64,000 bases of DNA from the human T2T-CHM13v2.0 reference genome, Homo sapiens. Shown here in pieces: positions 1-14,180 of this stretch. The DNA is taken from assembly GCF_009914755.1 (NCBI RefSeq), contig NC_060937.1; one strand, given 5' to 3'. Numbering within the stretch: position 1 is the stretch's first letter; each line of letters opens with the position of its first letter. The translations under genes and the position numbers were made by a program. The notes beneath the pieces were generated by a model, which worked only from the letters and a program-made list of their open reading frames with translations, had not been told where the DNA came from and searched no databases.

Positions 1-124
1 TAGATATCAAAATATAAGAACCTAGTATTATTCAGGAAAAACTAAAAATCTAAATCTTACATGATTAGATTCCTAATCAATGATTCATCTCATTAGATTT
101 TCTGAGAAATATTTAATTAATTAA

Positions 125-382
<258 letters not shown>

Positions 383-435
383 TGAATGTATTTTCTTGCC
401 TTTTAGCTTGTGTTATTAGTTCATACATATTAGAT

Positions 436-1160
436 ATTTATCAGCAAATATTTATCGAGTGACTACTAGGTGTTAGGCACTATTCTAAGCATCAAGGAAG
501 CAGAAGTGAACAAAACAGAAGTAAAATTCTATCCTCATGGAACTTATGTTAGAGTGGTGGAAACAAGTAAACATATATGTGTTATATAGACTGTCAAATG
601 CTAATAAGTTATATTAGAGAAAGGTAAAACAGGGAAGGGGGAATGTGTTTTCATTAGAAGCAGTGGTCAGGGAAGCCTCCCTGAGAAGACACATCTGAGT
701 AGTAACTGTTATTAACAGAACAATGTCTTGACTTTGCCATTTGCCTTTTTGTTAATTTATTTCAGAGCAGTCACAAATCAACTCTATTTTCTCTCCTTTT
801 TTGTTGCTTTGAAATTTGATGCCTAAATTTAATATTCACTCTATTAAAATTCTACTACAAGTAATGAATTAACACATTCCATGGAGATGAAGGGTGGGGG
901 CAGGGAGGAATGTAAGCCCTCGGAGTATCTGGGGGTCTCGCACCCCAGCCTTCCAGGTAGAGTGAACGGCAGCACCTGAAGAGGCTCCATGCTCTGGGTG
1001 TTTGAGGATTACAAAGAAGTTGCCATGGGCTGGAGTGGAGTGAACAGGGATGAGGGCAAAAGAACTTAGAGCAGAGGATAATATGGAATCCAACTGCGTG
1101 GGATCTTTAGGTCAATATCAGAATTTGAGCTTTTAATCTGAAATGGGTGGCCATTCCAGT
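436..1160 (-). mobile_element. L2 LINE 3' region fragments
   Basis: cagcaaatatttatcgagtgactactaggtgttaggcact resembles the antisense L2 3' end; L2-like purine-rich sequence continues at ~870-1160. Confidence 0.75.
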
Positions 1161-1172
1161 TTTGTAGGTATT

Positions 1173-1178
1173 TGTGTG

Positions 1179-1220
<42 letters not shown>
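1173..1220. repeat. (TG)n microsatellite
   Basis: Direct dinucleotide run abutting the LTR end. Confidence 0.97.
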
Positions 1221-1221
<1 letters not shown>

Positions 1222-1752
1222 TAGTCAGGGTTCTCTAAAGGGACAAAACTAATAGGATATTTGTATATATGAAGGGGAGTTTATTAAGGAGAATTGACTC
1301 ACATGATCACAAGGTAAAGTCCCACGATAGGACATCTGTAAGCTGAGGATCAAGGAAGCCAGTCCAAGTCCCAAAACCTCAAAAGTAGGGAAGCTGACAA
1401 GGCAGCCTTCAGTCTGGGGCCGAAGGCCCGAGAGCCCCTGGCAAACCACTGGTGTAAGTCCAAGAGTCCAAAAGCTGAAGAACTTGGAGTCTGATGTTCG
1501 AGGGGAACGTGGAAGAAAGATGAAGGCCAGAGGACTCAGAAAGTGTGCTCTTTCCACCTTCTTCTGCCTGCTTTACTCTAGATGCTCTGGCAGCTGATTA
1601 GGTGGTGCTCACCAGATTGAGGGTGGGGCTGCCTCTTCCAGTCCACTGACTCAAATGTTAATCCCCTTTGGCAACACCCTTAAGACATATGCAGATACAA
1701 CACTTTGCATCCTTCAATCCAATCAAGTTGACACTCATTGTTAACCATCACA
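1219..1752 (-). mobile_element. MLT2A-like ERVL solo LTR
   Basis: Termini ttagtcagggttctctaaagggac... and ...caagttgacactcattgttaaccatcaca match the reverse complement of MLT2A ends. Confidence 0.88.
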
Positions 1753-2365
1753 ATGTGGTAACATAGACATGACATAAAATTTACCATTTTAACTGTTTTT
1801 AAATGTACAGTTCATTGCCATTAAGTAAACTCACATTGTTGGGCAACCATCACCACCATCCATCTCCAGAACTTTTTTATCTTCTCCAACTAAAACTCTG
1901 TACTCTTTAAACAATAACTCTCCATTGTCCACTATCCCCAGACTCTGGCAACTACTATGCTGCTTTCTGCCTCTATCTGTCTGCCTATTTCAGGTACATG
2001 ATATAAGTGGAATCAAACAATGTTTTTACTTTTGTGATTGGCTTATTTCAGTTAGCATAATGTCCTCCAGATTCATCCATGTCGTAGTGTATATCAGAAT
2101 TTGATTACTTTTTATTGCTGCATAATATTCCATTGTGTGTGTGTATATATATATACATATATATATACTATATATATGTATATATATATACACACACACA
2201 ATGGAATATATGTTATATATATAGAGTTTGTTTATTCATCCATCCATGGATGCTCGGGTTATTTCCATCTTCTGGCTATTGCTCATAATGATGCTATGAT
2301 CACTAGTATACAAACATCTGCCTGAGTCCCTGCTTTCACGTCTTTTGAGTGTATACCCAGAGTTG
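1753..2365 (-). mobile_element. Old L1 (L1MB-like) 3' end
   Basis: Antisense L1M 3'UTR (ataaaatttaccattttaac..., caaccatcaccaccatccatctccagaac) with an internal (TA)/(CA) run at ~2133-2222. Confidence 0.85.
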
Positions 2366-2600
2366 AAGTCATTTGAGACTTTTGAACAGACTGGTGACTT
2401 AAGTTTTTACTGTATTACTCTGGCTGCTGTGAGGAGAAGAGGCTGTAGAGAGACAAGGGTGAATGGAGGTGACCTAGTAAGAAGATAATTATTATTGAAT
2501 CCTGAATATAGTTTGAAGGAGGAGCCCACAATGTTTGCTGCCAGATAGGTTGTTGAGAGTGAAAGAAAGAGAGGAGTCAAGGATGAGTCCAAGATTCTTT
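2366..2600 (-). mobile_element. L2 fragment (continuation of 436-1160)
   Basis: tactctggctgctgtgaggagaa...gagaggagtcaaggatgagtccaag is typical antisense L2. Confidence 0.7.
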
Positions 2601-3219
2601 TTCTATTATACTAAAAGTGTTCTTTACATGCCACAGGGAAATAAAAGAAGATTGGCCCATAAAAGTTTCTAAAGCTTCTAAATGCGTAAATATTATATAT
2701 TTCTGCATATTTCAGTAACATACTGCATTTGCGTGACAGATTCACTAGAAGATATAAGGCAGTCTTTGCGTCGACATGGCTCCCACAAGTTTATGCTTGG
2801 TCATATACGTGTCTGTGTGTGTGTGTGTGTATACACACATATATACATAGTGGAGATCATTGAGGCTTTATGAGATCTTATGAGAAGCAAGAGATAAATG
2901 TCATGTGCAAATATAACACATCCTAAACAATCATAACCTAACATGGTTTGAATGTCTACGACTCTCACATTAGTTTGATTTATTTTTTAACCAATATATT
3001 AGAGCTAATATCCAAATGTTTATTTTATATTAAAAACTTTCATTTTAATACTAACAGGCCCACATCATGTTCTAGTATAAGAAAGCTAAGGTTATGAATC
3101 AACTCAAGGTTCACTAGCTTGGCTGCTATTTCCCGTTACCCATCATGCACACAAATGTTCTGGAATTGTTAATTATGAAAAAAATACATCTCAAAGTTCA
3201 AGGAGAGTGAACAAAAGCA

Positions 3220-3400
3220 CCACCATTTATTGAGGCCTTTGGCTCAGTGCTTCGCATGTCTTATTTTATCACCTCAGACGCCCCAGAAGTCTACACAATC
3301 ATTTTGAAGAGGGGGAGACTGGGCCTCTGAGAGGTTAAGTAACTTGTCCAAGATCCCAGAGCTAACAGATGGTGAATCTTTTTGAGACAAATACTTTGAG
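3220..3400 (-). mobile_element. MIR SINE
   Basis: MIR core gagaggttaagtaacttgtccaagatcccagagcta. Confidence 0.75.
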
Positions 3401-4229
3401 CTAATAATCTGGAGACTGGTTGAGAATTCAACCTCATCAGTCTCCAAAGTCTGTTTTATGCAAGATACAGCTAGAGTGTAGATAGGAGAGGAGTTTTATC
3501 AATACCTGTACCCACTACCACCCAATACCTCTACCACAACAGTTATGATAGAGTAACTTGGAATTGGAGGCTTCATCTCCATTCAAGCAGATGGCAGCAG
3601 CAAGAATGTCTTTTCTGAGATCTGTGAGTTTCTCAAAACGATCTTTCCTTCCAGACACTCAGTGACACCACAGTTCCTCCAGTGATGTTATCTGGGAACG
3701 GCAGGTGAGGCAGCTAGGTTTTCACCGTGGGAAACTCCTGTATAACAGATGCAATGTGGAACCAATAGTGCTACTCCCTCAAAATCCATTCTAACTCCAT
3801 ACGTGGTCATGGAACAGTTAGGTATTCCAGGCAACTAACCGTTCCTGCCTTGACTTATTGAGATAATTGCCTTCTGAGGGTAGTGCAGGCCTACTGTTGA
3901 TGAATATGTCTGTGCCTATTAGATGAATAACATCTAGTTCTTATTGTGCAGTAGTACAAAATAAAAAAAGACAGCAATTGAACCAAATATAGAAAATGTG
4001 ATTAACCACACAACGGGCTATGATCAGAACTACATGAAACCAAGCAAGAACAATATTCAGCCAGCCATCAACTGACTGAAGAGAAAGCAGGTGTGAACCC
4101 AAATATTCAACAGAAAGTGTCTCAGTCCTTATCCTTACTGCTCATGTCCTTTTTCATTAGTTCCTTCTTTTTCGTGTTTAAATCAGCCATCCTACACAAA
4201 AGTCTCTCCCTCACTCCTGCATTGCTTGA

Positions 4230-4760
4230 CACACAATCTCATTTCTTCTTTTCTTCTTACACTAAACTTTCTAAAACAAAAGTTAACGTTCCCTGTCCTC
4301 ATATCCTAACTCACTCTGCACACTTTGCAAACTGGCTTTGGCTTCAGTGCCTCTCTAAGGACTTCTATCTTAAATATACCTTAACTTACAAATGAATTCA
4401 TAATCACATAATTAATTCTCTTCTCAATTCTTAGCTTACTGTCTATGTCATCACCTGCTAATCAATTATTCTCTTTGAATCATTCCCTTATCCTTTGGTT
4501 TCAATGGCCCTACATTCCTATTCCTTTTCTTGATATTTTATCAACCTCTTCCTAGTTTGCCTTAGTTTGCATGCTCTTTTGTTAAATTCAGTTCTGAAAA
4601 GTGAATTATCCCTAAGGTTCAGTTCTCAGCTCTCCCTTTTGGTCCCATTGCACAGTCTCAAATGGTGATGTTATTCATTCTCAAGGCTTAAGCAACAAAT
4701 TTATCTTTATCTTAATTCCCGAGTTCTATGTATACATTTTCAATAAACTCTTTGGTATTT
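4230..4760 (+). mobile_element. L2 internal fragment
   Basis: Pyrimidine-rich L2-like sequence (ccctaaggttcagttctcagctctccctt); appears to resume near 5408. Confidence 0.5.
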
Positions 4761-4890
4761 GAGTCATGGTGTTCATGGTGTTGATAACACCTGTTGTTGA
4801 GTAACCCAGGGAAAATCACAACCACTCTGAGAGCCCCTCTCCTCTTTAGTGAGATGAAGGGGTTAGATACTCATTCAGATTTCACATGAA

Positions 4891-5400
4891 TGTCATCAGT
4901 TAAGGTTTTTGGTTGAAGACGGAAACAACCCTGGGTAGCTTAACAGAAAGTGAATCTGTCATAAGATATCTGGCAGTTTTAGGATTGTGAGTGAGACAGG
5001 GGAGACGGATTGAAGGACGGGAACAGAACATCCCCAGGAGTTTACAAAGCTAGAATCACAGACAACTCTCACTAAAGGGAAAGTTAGGCTCTGCGGACAC
5101 ACTGCACCTGCAGTCACTCCTGCCACAACCACGGGTTGTGCTGCCACCACTGCTGCCTCCAGCACTACGATTGTGTCTTGGGTGTCAGGAACGGACTCCC
5201 CCTGGCCACCATCCTAGCATCACATGCAAGATTCAGAGTCTCCAGTTGGACTATCCAAATGGCTGATCCTGGATCATGTGCCTGTGCCCTACAAGCCAGC
5301 GGAGAGAGGATCTAGATGACCCCAACATACAAAGGGATTTCCACCGATGGGATGGGAATTGACTGTTGCATAGCAAATCCTCCCTCCCAATATGAAATGT
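4891..5400 (-). mobile_element. Old MaLR (MLT1-type) LTR
   Basis: tcagttaaggtttttggttg...agcttaacagaaag start and ggatcatgtgcctgtgccct motif resemble old MLT1 LTRs. Confidence 0.45.
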
Positions 5401-6349
5401 TTACTGCAGGTGTCTCAAAGCTACCTCAAACTCAAGACATTTAAAGCAAAATGCCATCTGTTACTCAGAAAACTTGTGTCTATAACATCTGCTGCGTGTA
5501 CTCAGGATACATAATCTTGCTTAACAAGGTTTTACTTTAGCAGTAGTTGTTCAACTTATTCAGTAATTACATTGGGCAGATAATTAACGTTTTGATGACT
5601 TCTTTCTCTTCTTTTCCAGTCCCAGCACATAGGTTTTGTTCAGACATGATTAATGAATGTGTGATTTGAAGGTTAAAGTCAACACAAAGCAAATCTCAAG
5701 ATATAGTTTGATTAATCCAGGATAAAATAATCTTGACTTGAATTCTTGCTCTTATGTGTGATTTTCATGACTATTTCTCCCTTGTAATTTTCAATGAGTT
5801 TCAATTACCAAGTAATGCTGTTTCAACTCCCTGAATGCTAATGACAGAGAACAGAACCTGGTGATTAAGGGCCTACCTTCTATTAGAAAGGAAGAACATA
5901 CTGAAACAATGCTTTCTCTGGTCTTTTATTCTTTCAGTGTGAGGCAGATCACAACACTCTCAACACTTATAATAATAGTCATCTTTAAAAAGAATATTTA
6001 ATTCAAATATTTAAACATCCTTGTATGTTGATGAAGGAAACACCCAATAAACTAAGCATGATTTGTACACATGCAGGTCTACAGATGAAGAGGAGGTGAA
6101 GGTGTGTCATTGCTCAAACAGACACATTTTCCTTTGCTTTTGATTATGAAACTCAGCATGTCCCTTGCATTCACGAAACAATAAAGGAGATAATATGATG
6201 TTATTTGAACATCTATAAATATCCAGAGAGGATAATAAATGCCTTCACTACCTCTTAGCCCATGTGTTATGTGAATTTTCAGTGTCTGGCAGTTGTCACA
6301 GATGCACTTTATGGTTTTTAAACTTGGCATCTGATTACACACTCAGCGG

Positions 6350-6678
6350 ACTCTTAACTGAATTACCTATTTGAAAATCCCAACCACCCACCTTATTTAA
6401 AATTAGAAACCGCTCCTACTACCCTGGTATCCCTAATCTCCAGACTGTGCTCTGCTTTTCTTCTTCCTTTTTTCCTATAGCAATTTATCACCTTCTAAAA
6501 TACCATAGAATTTAATTTTATGTTTTGCTTATTGTTCATTTTCTGTCTCTTCCTGCTAAAAAGTAAGCCCTATGAGGGCTGAGGTCTTTATCTGTTTGAT
6601 TCACTGATGTCCTAAGAACCTCAAACAATACCTGGCATATTTTAAGCGTGGAATTAATATCTCTTAAGTGAATAAGCA
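6350..6678 (+). mobile_element. L2 3' end
   Basis: gtaagccctatgagggctgaggtctttatctgtttg...aatacctggcata...gaataa matches the L2 terminal region. Confidence 0.8.
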
Positions 6679-7132
6679 AACGCCATGCAGATAACTGTGA
6701 GGCCAGCTGTGACACCTGAGACCTTGAGACATTTGTCTCTGATATGCTTCATTGCTGTGCTCATTTCCTGGTCTGTGCCCATGTTTCCCCCTATGTACAA
6801 ACCTGCTTTTTCAAAGGTTCTCATACTTGGTCACAGCAAACCTTTGATGGCTCCTCTCACAGTTTAATGCACTCCTGTTTCTTGGTGTAATTGCATTTTA
6901 CCAAAGATCACAGTCTCACATTGAAGGAATACAATTTTTAATTTTGACATTTCCACCATGGTTTTGTCTTTGCACAAGGTTTACATATTCCAGGACAGGG
7001 TAACTTTGATTTGAAGAGAAATAGACTCAGTGCTTCTGATTATTGTATAGGATTCCTAATTTATGCTTTTGTTGTGAACAGACATTTGTCCAAGGAGTTA
7101 TGTCCTTTTTTTGAAGGTCTTACTAAAAACTC

Positions 7133-7167
7133 TGTGTGTGTGTGTGTGTGTGTGTGTCTGTGTGTGT
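7133..7167. repeat. (TG)n microsatellite
   Basis: Direct dinucleotide run. Confidence 0.95.
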
Positions 7168-7699
7168 AAAACAACCTAAGCATCAATCATAGTCTAATGA
7201 CAAGGTACTTGGTATTTTCATCAGCTGCTCTGGAAGATCTGGACTTACTATTGTATAAGCATTGCTTTTCATTTACTTTCCTTCTTTTTAAAATCTATAA
7301 ATTGCCATCATTGTCTCATGAAGTTTGATGTTGAATTATTTTAAGTTTCCTAACCAAATACAGTAAAACCATGCCTATCTGAAAGTCAAAACTGGAAACC
7401 ACAACACCCTGGAATTGAGTCAATAAATGATCTAGCTGTTTTGAATCACCTAATTAAAAGTATCTTTTCAAGATCTCCCTCTTTTCTTCTTGCCAACTTT
7501 TATTATCCTGCTGGCTTTTGGCCTCCAGTGGAGGTTCTCTGGGGCAATCAAGTTTTGTGCAGCCACTTGGCCTGTGGTGTTGAAGGGAAGAAACAGCACA
7601 GCCCAGGAAGGAGAAGGGATGTGGCCAAGCCCAGAGCTGAGGAGAAAAGCAGGGCTGGAGGGGAAGCCAGGATGCCTACACTATTGTTTTAAAGGCTAA

Positions 7700-8830
7700 T
7701 CTCATTATTAAATTTAAAAAGATCTCCTTAGTCTTTTGAGACCATTTGTGTTCCACCTTTACATTTGTCTTATTATTTGGCTTGGTATTAGAATTTAAAC
7801 TAAAAATCTTTTTTTTTTTTCACCCAATTTTGAAGGCATTTTCCATTGGCTTCTATATCCCTTTGTTGTATTTGTTTAAATTTGTGCATGTTTAAAAAAC
7901 ATTTCTAGAAGCTTTTAGATATTTTTCTTTATCGTTAGTGCTCTGAAATTTCTAACTGGTGAGTCTTGATGTGGGTCTTTATTCAAAAAAATTAAAAAGT
8001 TTTTTTTTTTTTTTTTGCTAAGCATTTGAAGAGGCTTTTCAAACTGGAGACTTGAATTTTTAAGTTTGAGAAATTTTCTTGTATAATTACTTTCTTGCAT
8101 AACTTTTAATGAAATTCACCTTAAGGTGAGTGGATATGGACCTTGCTCTTTATTTGAGGGGCTCCTAAATGTCAGCATGCAGTGTAGGTCTTTGTTCTGG
8201 GTCACGCAGTTTCTCAAGAGACAAATTATTTAATCTCTTACCTGGAAGGCTTCAGTGTTCAGGCTGGCTGCTGATATTCTGAGACCAGAGAAGGGAAAGA
8301 AAAAGATTAAGGGCTTCACCATTCAGATTACAGATTTTCATTTACCTCCTTCTCATTCTCTTTTTTTCTCTATAGCGGTACCTGGAGCCCTCAAGTCTCC
8401 ATCTCAGAGCCTTATTAACATTTTCTGGGGAAACTCCTCTGGTATCCTGAAGAGTTATGGTCACCTGGGTGCAGGTGTACAGCACATTCTGGAAGTTCTA
8501 TGGCTCTGTTCACTGATTTTGACTAATGCTATTTCCAGCCCTGTACTTCACTCCCACCTTCTGTGGCACCAGGGGCCTCCAGTCCTGAGCCTTTCAGGGC
8601 TCTGCCGTCAAATTAGTACATCTTTTGCCAGTACTTAGCTGGTAGTTTCCTCCCTTCTGCTCCTTCACTGACTTTCTGTGTTTCAAAAAATTGCTGAAAT
8701 CTTTCATGCACTCTACCTTTCTCTTGGTCCTTGTGAAATATAACTTTAAAAAATCAAAGTTCTTTGTTATTCTGTTAGTGGGGTTCAGGAGGGATTTCGA
8801 AAATAAGAGACAGTTTGCCATGTATAGCTG
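7700..8830 (-). mobile_element. Ancient L1ME-like fragments
   Basis: Degenerate T-rich antisense L1 sequence, similar in character to 25630-26810. Confidence 0.5.
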
Positions 8831-9696
8831 GAACTCTAATCAGTACTTTTCAAAAATGTTCTCTATTAGGGCCCTAAAATTTCTACTTCAATAGAAGATT
8901 GATGAGGAGGGAGATTGTGGAGTTTCAGTACAATGAATCTCTAACAATGCTTTAACCAGCATAGTTTTGTTTCATCAGTTTTGTGTAATGAGCTTCATGC
9001 AAGAAGTCTTTGAACAAGAAGTTCTGAAGCTAAAAATTATCTGAAAACTACTAGTGAAGATAATCTTGCACTTACATTTCCAATGTTAATGTTTGATGAC
9101 TATATAATTTACTTATTCATTCAACAAAGAGTTATTGAGTTTCTTCTACTCTATGGCAAGTACTGGGCTAGGCACTGATGTTCTTTTACTTGGTATAAAC
9201 AGATTTAATAAAAATGTTGCTTTGTATTGACAGATATTTTATTGTAATCACATATCTCACTTATTTGAAACACTACATAGATTAAATAAATTCAAGTGAT
9301 TCCGACTAATTAGTATCCTACTTGAAGAGCAGACATCAGAATATTCCTTCAGCCTACTTCTCCAAATAATGACCTGGGGGACAAGAATGTCTTCTTTGCT
9401 TTGAGGTAAAAAGTAATGAAAACATTATGGTTTTTCTCTTTAAAACTTTCCCTCTAATTTGTATTCAAGTAACAACATAACCTTGATTTAGTTCAAATGA
9501 TATAGCTGCTTGATCATTTGGGAACTGATTTTGCTTTAAGTTATATATTACCTCAATTTCAGATGAAGAAAAACAATTTTTAAATGTGCAGCTGGAAAAT
9601 TACTCAGTTGGTAAGTGACGGCATCAGTCTTCCCCAGGTGGCACTTTCTCCAGTGCTCCCTAACTCCACAGATGGCATCACCCAGTGTCCCCAGGT

Positions 9697-10152
9697 TCTT
9701 ACTTTGCTAGGGCTGCCATAACTAAGTACCACAAACTAACTGGCTTGAATGATAGAAATGTATTGTCTCACAGTCCCAGAGACTAGAAGCCAGAGATGAA
9801 GGGTTCAGTGGGGTTGATTCCTTCTGAGGAATGGAAGGGAGGGCCTGTTTCATGCCTCTGCCATAGCTTCTGGTGGTTTGCTAGAATCTTTGGGGCTACC
9901 TGGCATGTTGAGCGTCACCCTGATGTCTGCCCACATCTTCACATGGTGTTCTCCTTGTGTGCACGTCTGTCTTCAGATTTTCCCTTTCTATAAGGACACA
10001 GTCATATTGCAATAGAGCCCACCACAATGACCTCATTTTAACTTGATTACCTCTGTAAAAACCCTGTCTCTAAATAAGGTCACTTCTGAGGCACCATGGG
10101 TTAGGATTTCAACATATGCATTTTGTGGGGGGGACACAAGTCAACCCGTGAC
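9697..10152 (-). mobile_element. MLT1C-like MaLR solo LTR
   Basis: tttgctagggctgccataactaagtaccacaaac ... gggggacacaagtcaacccgtgaca termini. Confidence 0.88.
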
Positions 10153-10159
10153 ACTCAGA

Positions 10160-11400
10160 AAGTCGAGTATCATTCCTGATACTTCCCCATCTTTCTCTCC
10201 TCTCCACTTCTAATCGATCAGCGTATTCTGCCAACTTTACCTTAAATACACGTTGGATCTTGGTATTTCTCGCTATTCTTCCCCTGACCATTTTCATTCT
10301 TTCTCCCGAACTAAGGTAGTAACTTCCTCACTGGTCCCCTGCCTCCACTTTAGGTTTCTCTTAATCCATTTTCCATATGCAAGCCAGAGATCTTCCAAAA
10401 GTGCATATTTGATTATATCTCTCCTCTTCTTACAAAATTCAATGACTTCCCATTGCCTAAGGATAAACACAAAACTCCTTTATGTGGCTTACACACAATT
10501 TGGCTCCTGCCTCCCTCTCCAGCCTTGTCTCTATTTTATTTCTCTAGAGCTCTGAGCTAAGTCCAAACAGGAACTTCTTTCAGTTCCTTGATTACACCAT
10601 GCTGTTGCCTCTAGGCTTTGAACACGCTGTTCTCAGTCTGGAACACTCCTCCAAACTTGATTCCCCAGACGCTTACTCATATTTTAGGTCTCAACTTTCA
10701 TGTTGACTAGCTTCTGGAAGGCCAGCCCTCTACAGTGGGCTGACTGGTACCCCCAAAAAAGATATATCCACATCTTTACCTCTGGAACTTGTAAATGTTA
10801 CCTTATTTGGGAAAAAAGTTCTCTGCAAATGTAATTAAGCTAAGGATCTTGAATGAAGAAATTCTCCTGGATTATCCAAGTGGACCTTAAATCCAATGAC
10901 AAATGTCCTCATAAGAGGTACATAAAGGAGAAGGCCTACAGAGGAGAAGGCCACATGAAGACAGAGGAAGAGATTGGAGTGATGTGGCCACAGACAAAGA
11001 AACCAGCAACCGCCAGAGGCTAGAAGACATAAGGAATCCAGATTCTCCCCAGAGCCTCTGGAGACAGTATAATCTTACCAATTCCTTGATTTCAAGCCTC
11101 CAGAACCATGAGAGAATAAATTTCTGTTGGTTAAGCCACCAAACTTGTAGTAATTTGTTATGGCAGCCCTAGGAAACTGGCAGAGCTTGTGTTCTTATAC
11201 CAGGTGTCGTCTCTGGTTGTATGTGTCCATAGGCCCCTGTGAGTCCTCTTTCCTAAGAGTCATCACTCTCTGTTGTTTGGGATTTGGTCTGACCCAGCAG
11301 CTATGAGTGCTGGGAAGGCAGGACATGCCTTGTTACTGGCTGCATCCGCAAGGATTAACCCAGTGCCTATGGCATATCATAGGTGCTAATATTTAATACT
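10160..11400 (+). mobile_element. L2 3' region interrupted by an MLT1 LTR
   Basis: L2 motifs (cttcccattgcctaaggataaac; aacccagtgcctatggcatatcataggtgct) lie on both sides of the 10731-11182 LTR. Confidence 0.7.
10731..11182 (+). mobile_element. MLT1C/D-like MaLR solo LTR
   Basis: cccccaaaaaagatatatccac...gagagaataaatttctgttgg...tttgttatggcagccctaggaaact. Confidence 0.87.
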
Positions 11401-13944
11401 GACAATGGTAATGATAATTTTTCTTGAATAACTAAAATAACTAAGTAATTATTCAATCAATGTTTCAGTTTAGGTACTATCCAAATGGTACAGATATGAA
11501 AAAAGAATCAGAGGTCTGGCACCTGTGAAGAGTACATAGTTCTGACCTTCCTAGTGTCTTTAAGAAACTTGCAGTCTTCATAGTAGACAGAATGAACATA
11601 TATAGGAAGATACGTGAAAAGCTGACCCCCCACCAAATCAACACCATCCTCCAAAGTGGAAAGAAATACAGTGTAATCTAGTTTTGCATGTATTCTAACT
11701 GGTCTTCTTATCAGAACATTGGTCGGCATTTATTTTTTATGTAACACCTTATTGTTTAAAGTTGTTAAACAGGAGTGACATGGTCTTTCACCTAGAAAAG
11801 TTTATAGTATAATGAGAGAAAATGAGAACAATAGTTTTTCTTTTCTTATAGACGTACAATCAGAAATATATGAGCAGATATGTGCTGTTCAAAACTAGAG
11901 GAGAACTAACAATGATAGGAATAATAATAAGCAAATTCACAAGTTGCAGCCCTTTTACATCCCATTCTTACTCACTATCATTACTTGGTCCTTTATTTTA
12001 TGTCCAGCATCTTTCCCTTCAGAAACTTCTCCTCCCAAAAGACCTGTTGAGCAATCAATCCCATGACTCTACCTCTTCAGCCACAGGGGAGGCTGAACAG
12101 AGCACTCTTGCTCCTGGACATAATTAGTTCAATGGTGAGCACATGTTTCAAGTAAGATCAATCAGATTTATTTTCAGAGATTCCTATGGGTATCATGACA
12201 GAGAGGTGCTTTTATTATTTTCTTTTTCTTCTGAGATTACTTGCTCTAAAGATGACACAATCTAAACTGCTTTTGGCCATCATGGCCAGCATATGGGGAG
12301 AGCTGCCTGAGAAGAAAGCCAACGAAGAAAAAAACAAGCCAGGAAATGGGGAGAGAGAAAAAAAATCTTGCTGATGTTGTTTAATCCACTGGATCAAGGA
12401 ATGACTGTACCTCAACCTGATCTTGAGCTATCCCTATCCTTAGATCATGACACAAACTATGAAAGAATCAGGGTAATGTGAAAGACAGAGTGGAGTGCCA
12501 CAGAGATGGCTAGATGCTCTTCAAAAATTAATGTTCCCCTTCCATGGTATAGAGTTGTCACTGGGTGGCAGTGATTGTTCATTAGAGACTAGATTTCCCA
12601 GCCTCTGGCATCCATATGGAGACATGTGGTTTGCTTTTGCAAATGAAATGATGGTGGGAATGAAGTCCCTTTAGAGCTGAAGGAATGAATGTGCCTTCTC
12701 AACCCTTCCTTGCCCTCTTGTTGGCTGGACTCAGAGGACTCCCGTGGTCTTAAATTCAAAGAATTAAAAGAACTAATCAAATCTGGTTAATGGTGTTAAC
12801 AATTAAATGACCTATCAAACCATGTACCTATTACCTGAATACCAAGCATCAAAACTTCACTTGCCGGATCTGGGAGCTGTTGCTCATTGACAAAGTCAAC
12901 TCGATCTTGGTCAATTGAATTCTCAGGGCCTTGGTTTCATCATACAGGAGATTTTCTTCAAGCTTCCTGACTCCATCATCTAGTCACCCTGTTGAAACTT
13001 TTGCAATGATAAGGTTATGAAGCTGTGAGATATTTGAGTCATGACTTTGAATTGGAGTCATAGAGCAAAGTGCTTGGGCCTCTGTAGCTTTTAAACTTAA
13101 CTGTCTGATGGTTGCTTTAAAATCTTAATTACATTATATTGTCAATAAAGCCACCTCTGTTTGGCCTTTGTTGTCCTAGTATTTTTATCCTTTCTTCCAA
13201 GTTTATAGAAGTTTGAAATTTAAGCTAAAATGATTAGAAGCTGTAACTGCATCCAGGAGGCTCGGAGAATATTTGAACTTGCAGTTACGAATTAACCAGT
13301 TAGTCCAAAAAAGAATACATTTTTGATTATTTTAAGATAACAATAATTCTATTATTTTGATTTGGAAACTTGAGGTTCAAGGAAACCTTACATAACCTAT
13401 GTAAAATCAGAGGCTGAGCCCACACGCTGCCATAGACTAATCTGCTCTGTGAATGGACAGGATATTTGCTAAGCTTTATGATGTAGCAAATTACTGGTCC
13501 CCTGGAGCCAGGAGAACTTTTTATATTGTCCATGTGATCATCTACTCCAGAAGCATCCCCAAGGTCATGAATGCTGTATGTTTTGAACATGTATGTTATC
13601 CCCTCTTTTTCACTGACTCGGTTGTTGGTAACTGAGGTATTATTAAGACAGGTAGACAGTTGGAAAATCACCGCTTTAATCTGGTATTCTCTCTTTGTGC
13701 CCTTTGGATACATGAGCATCCATTGTTATCTGTCTTGCCATTTTAGACCATCCCTGAAGTAGTTTGGATCTGTACTGAAATTAGTGAAGACTGGTAGGCA
13801 AGGCTAGTTTATGGAATGAGAAATAGGTGTCTTGGAGAAAGAAATGGGAATGAAAGAGAAGAGCAGAAGGAAATTCGAAGGAGTCAAGAGGGAAGATTAA
13901 TCCAATGGCTATTGGGCTGGGATGATCGCATAATATTGTAAGAG

Positions 13945-14180
13945 TGTGTGTATATATATACGTGTCTGTATGTGTGTGTGACCTGAGGTTTAAGCCCCTG
14001 GGTGTGTGTGTGTGTATAAACATATATATTGTTTAAACACATATATATATACACACACACACATATATATATGTGTGTATATATACACATACGTATATAT
14101 ACACACATAAATTGTTTATATTGTATAAATTGTGTGTATATATATAAATTGTTTAAATTAAACTTTTTTATATATAAAAA
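13945..14180. repeat. Compound (TG)/(TA)/(CA) microsatellite, low complexity
   Basis: Direct observation; lies in intron 1 of the candidate pseudogene. Confidence 0.9.

Noticed and set aside
9630-9680. Two CTCF/E-box-like motifs (ccccaggtggcac, ccacagatggca)
   Set aside because: Several mismatches in the 5' core; weak evidence alone.
12070-12750. Possible old ERVL/MaLR LTR fragments downstream of the candidate pseudogene
   Set aside because: Resemblance too weak to assign a family or boundaries by eye.
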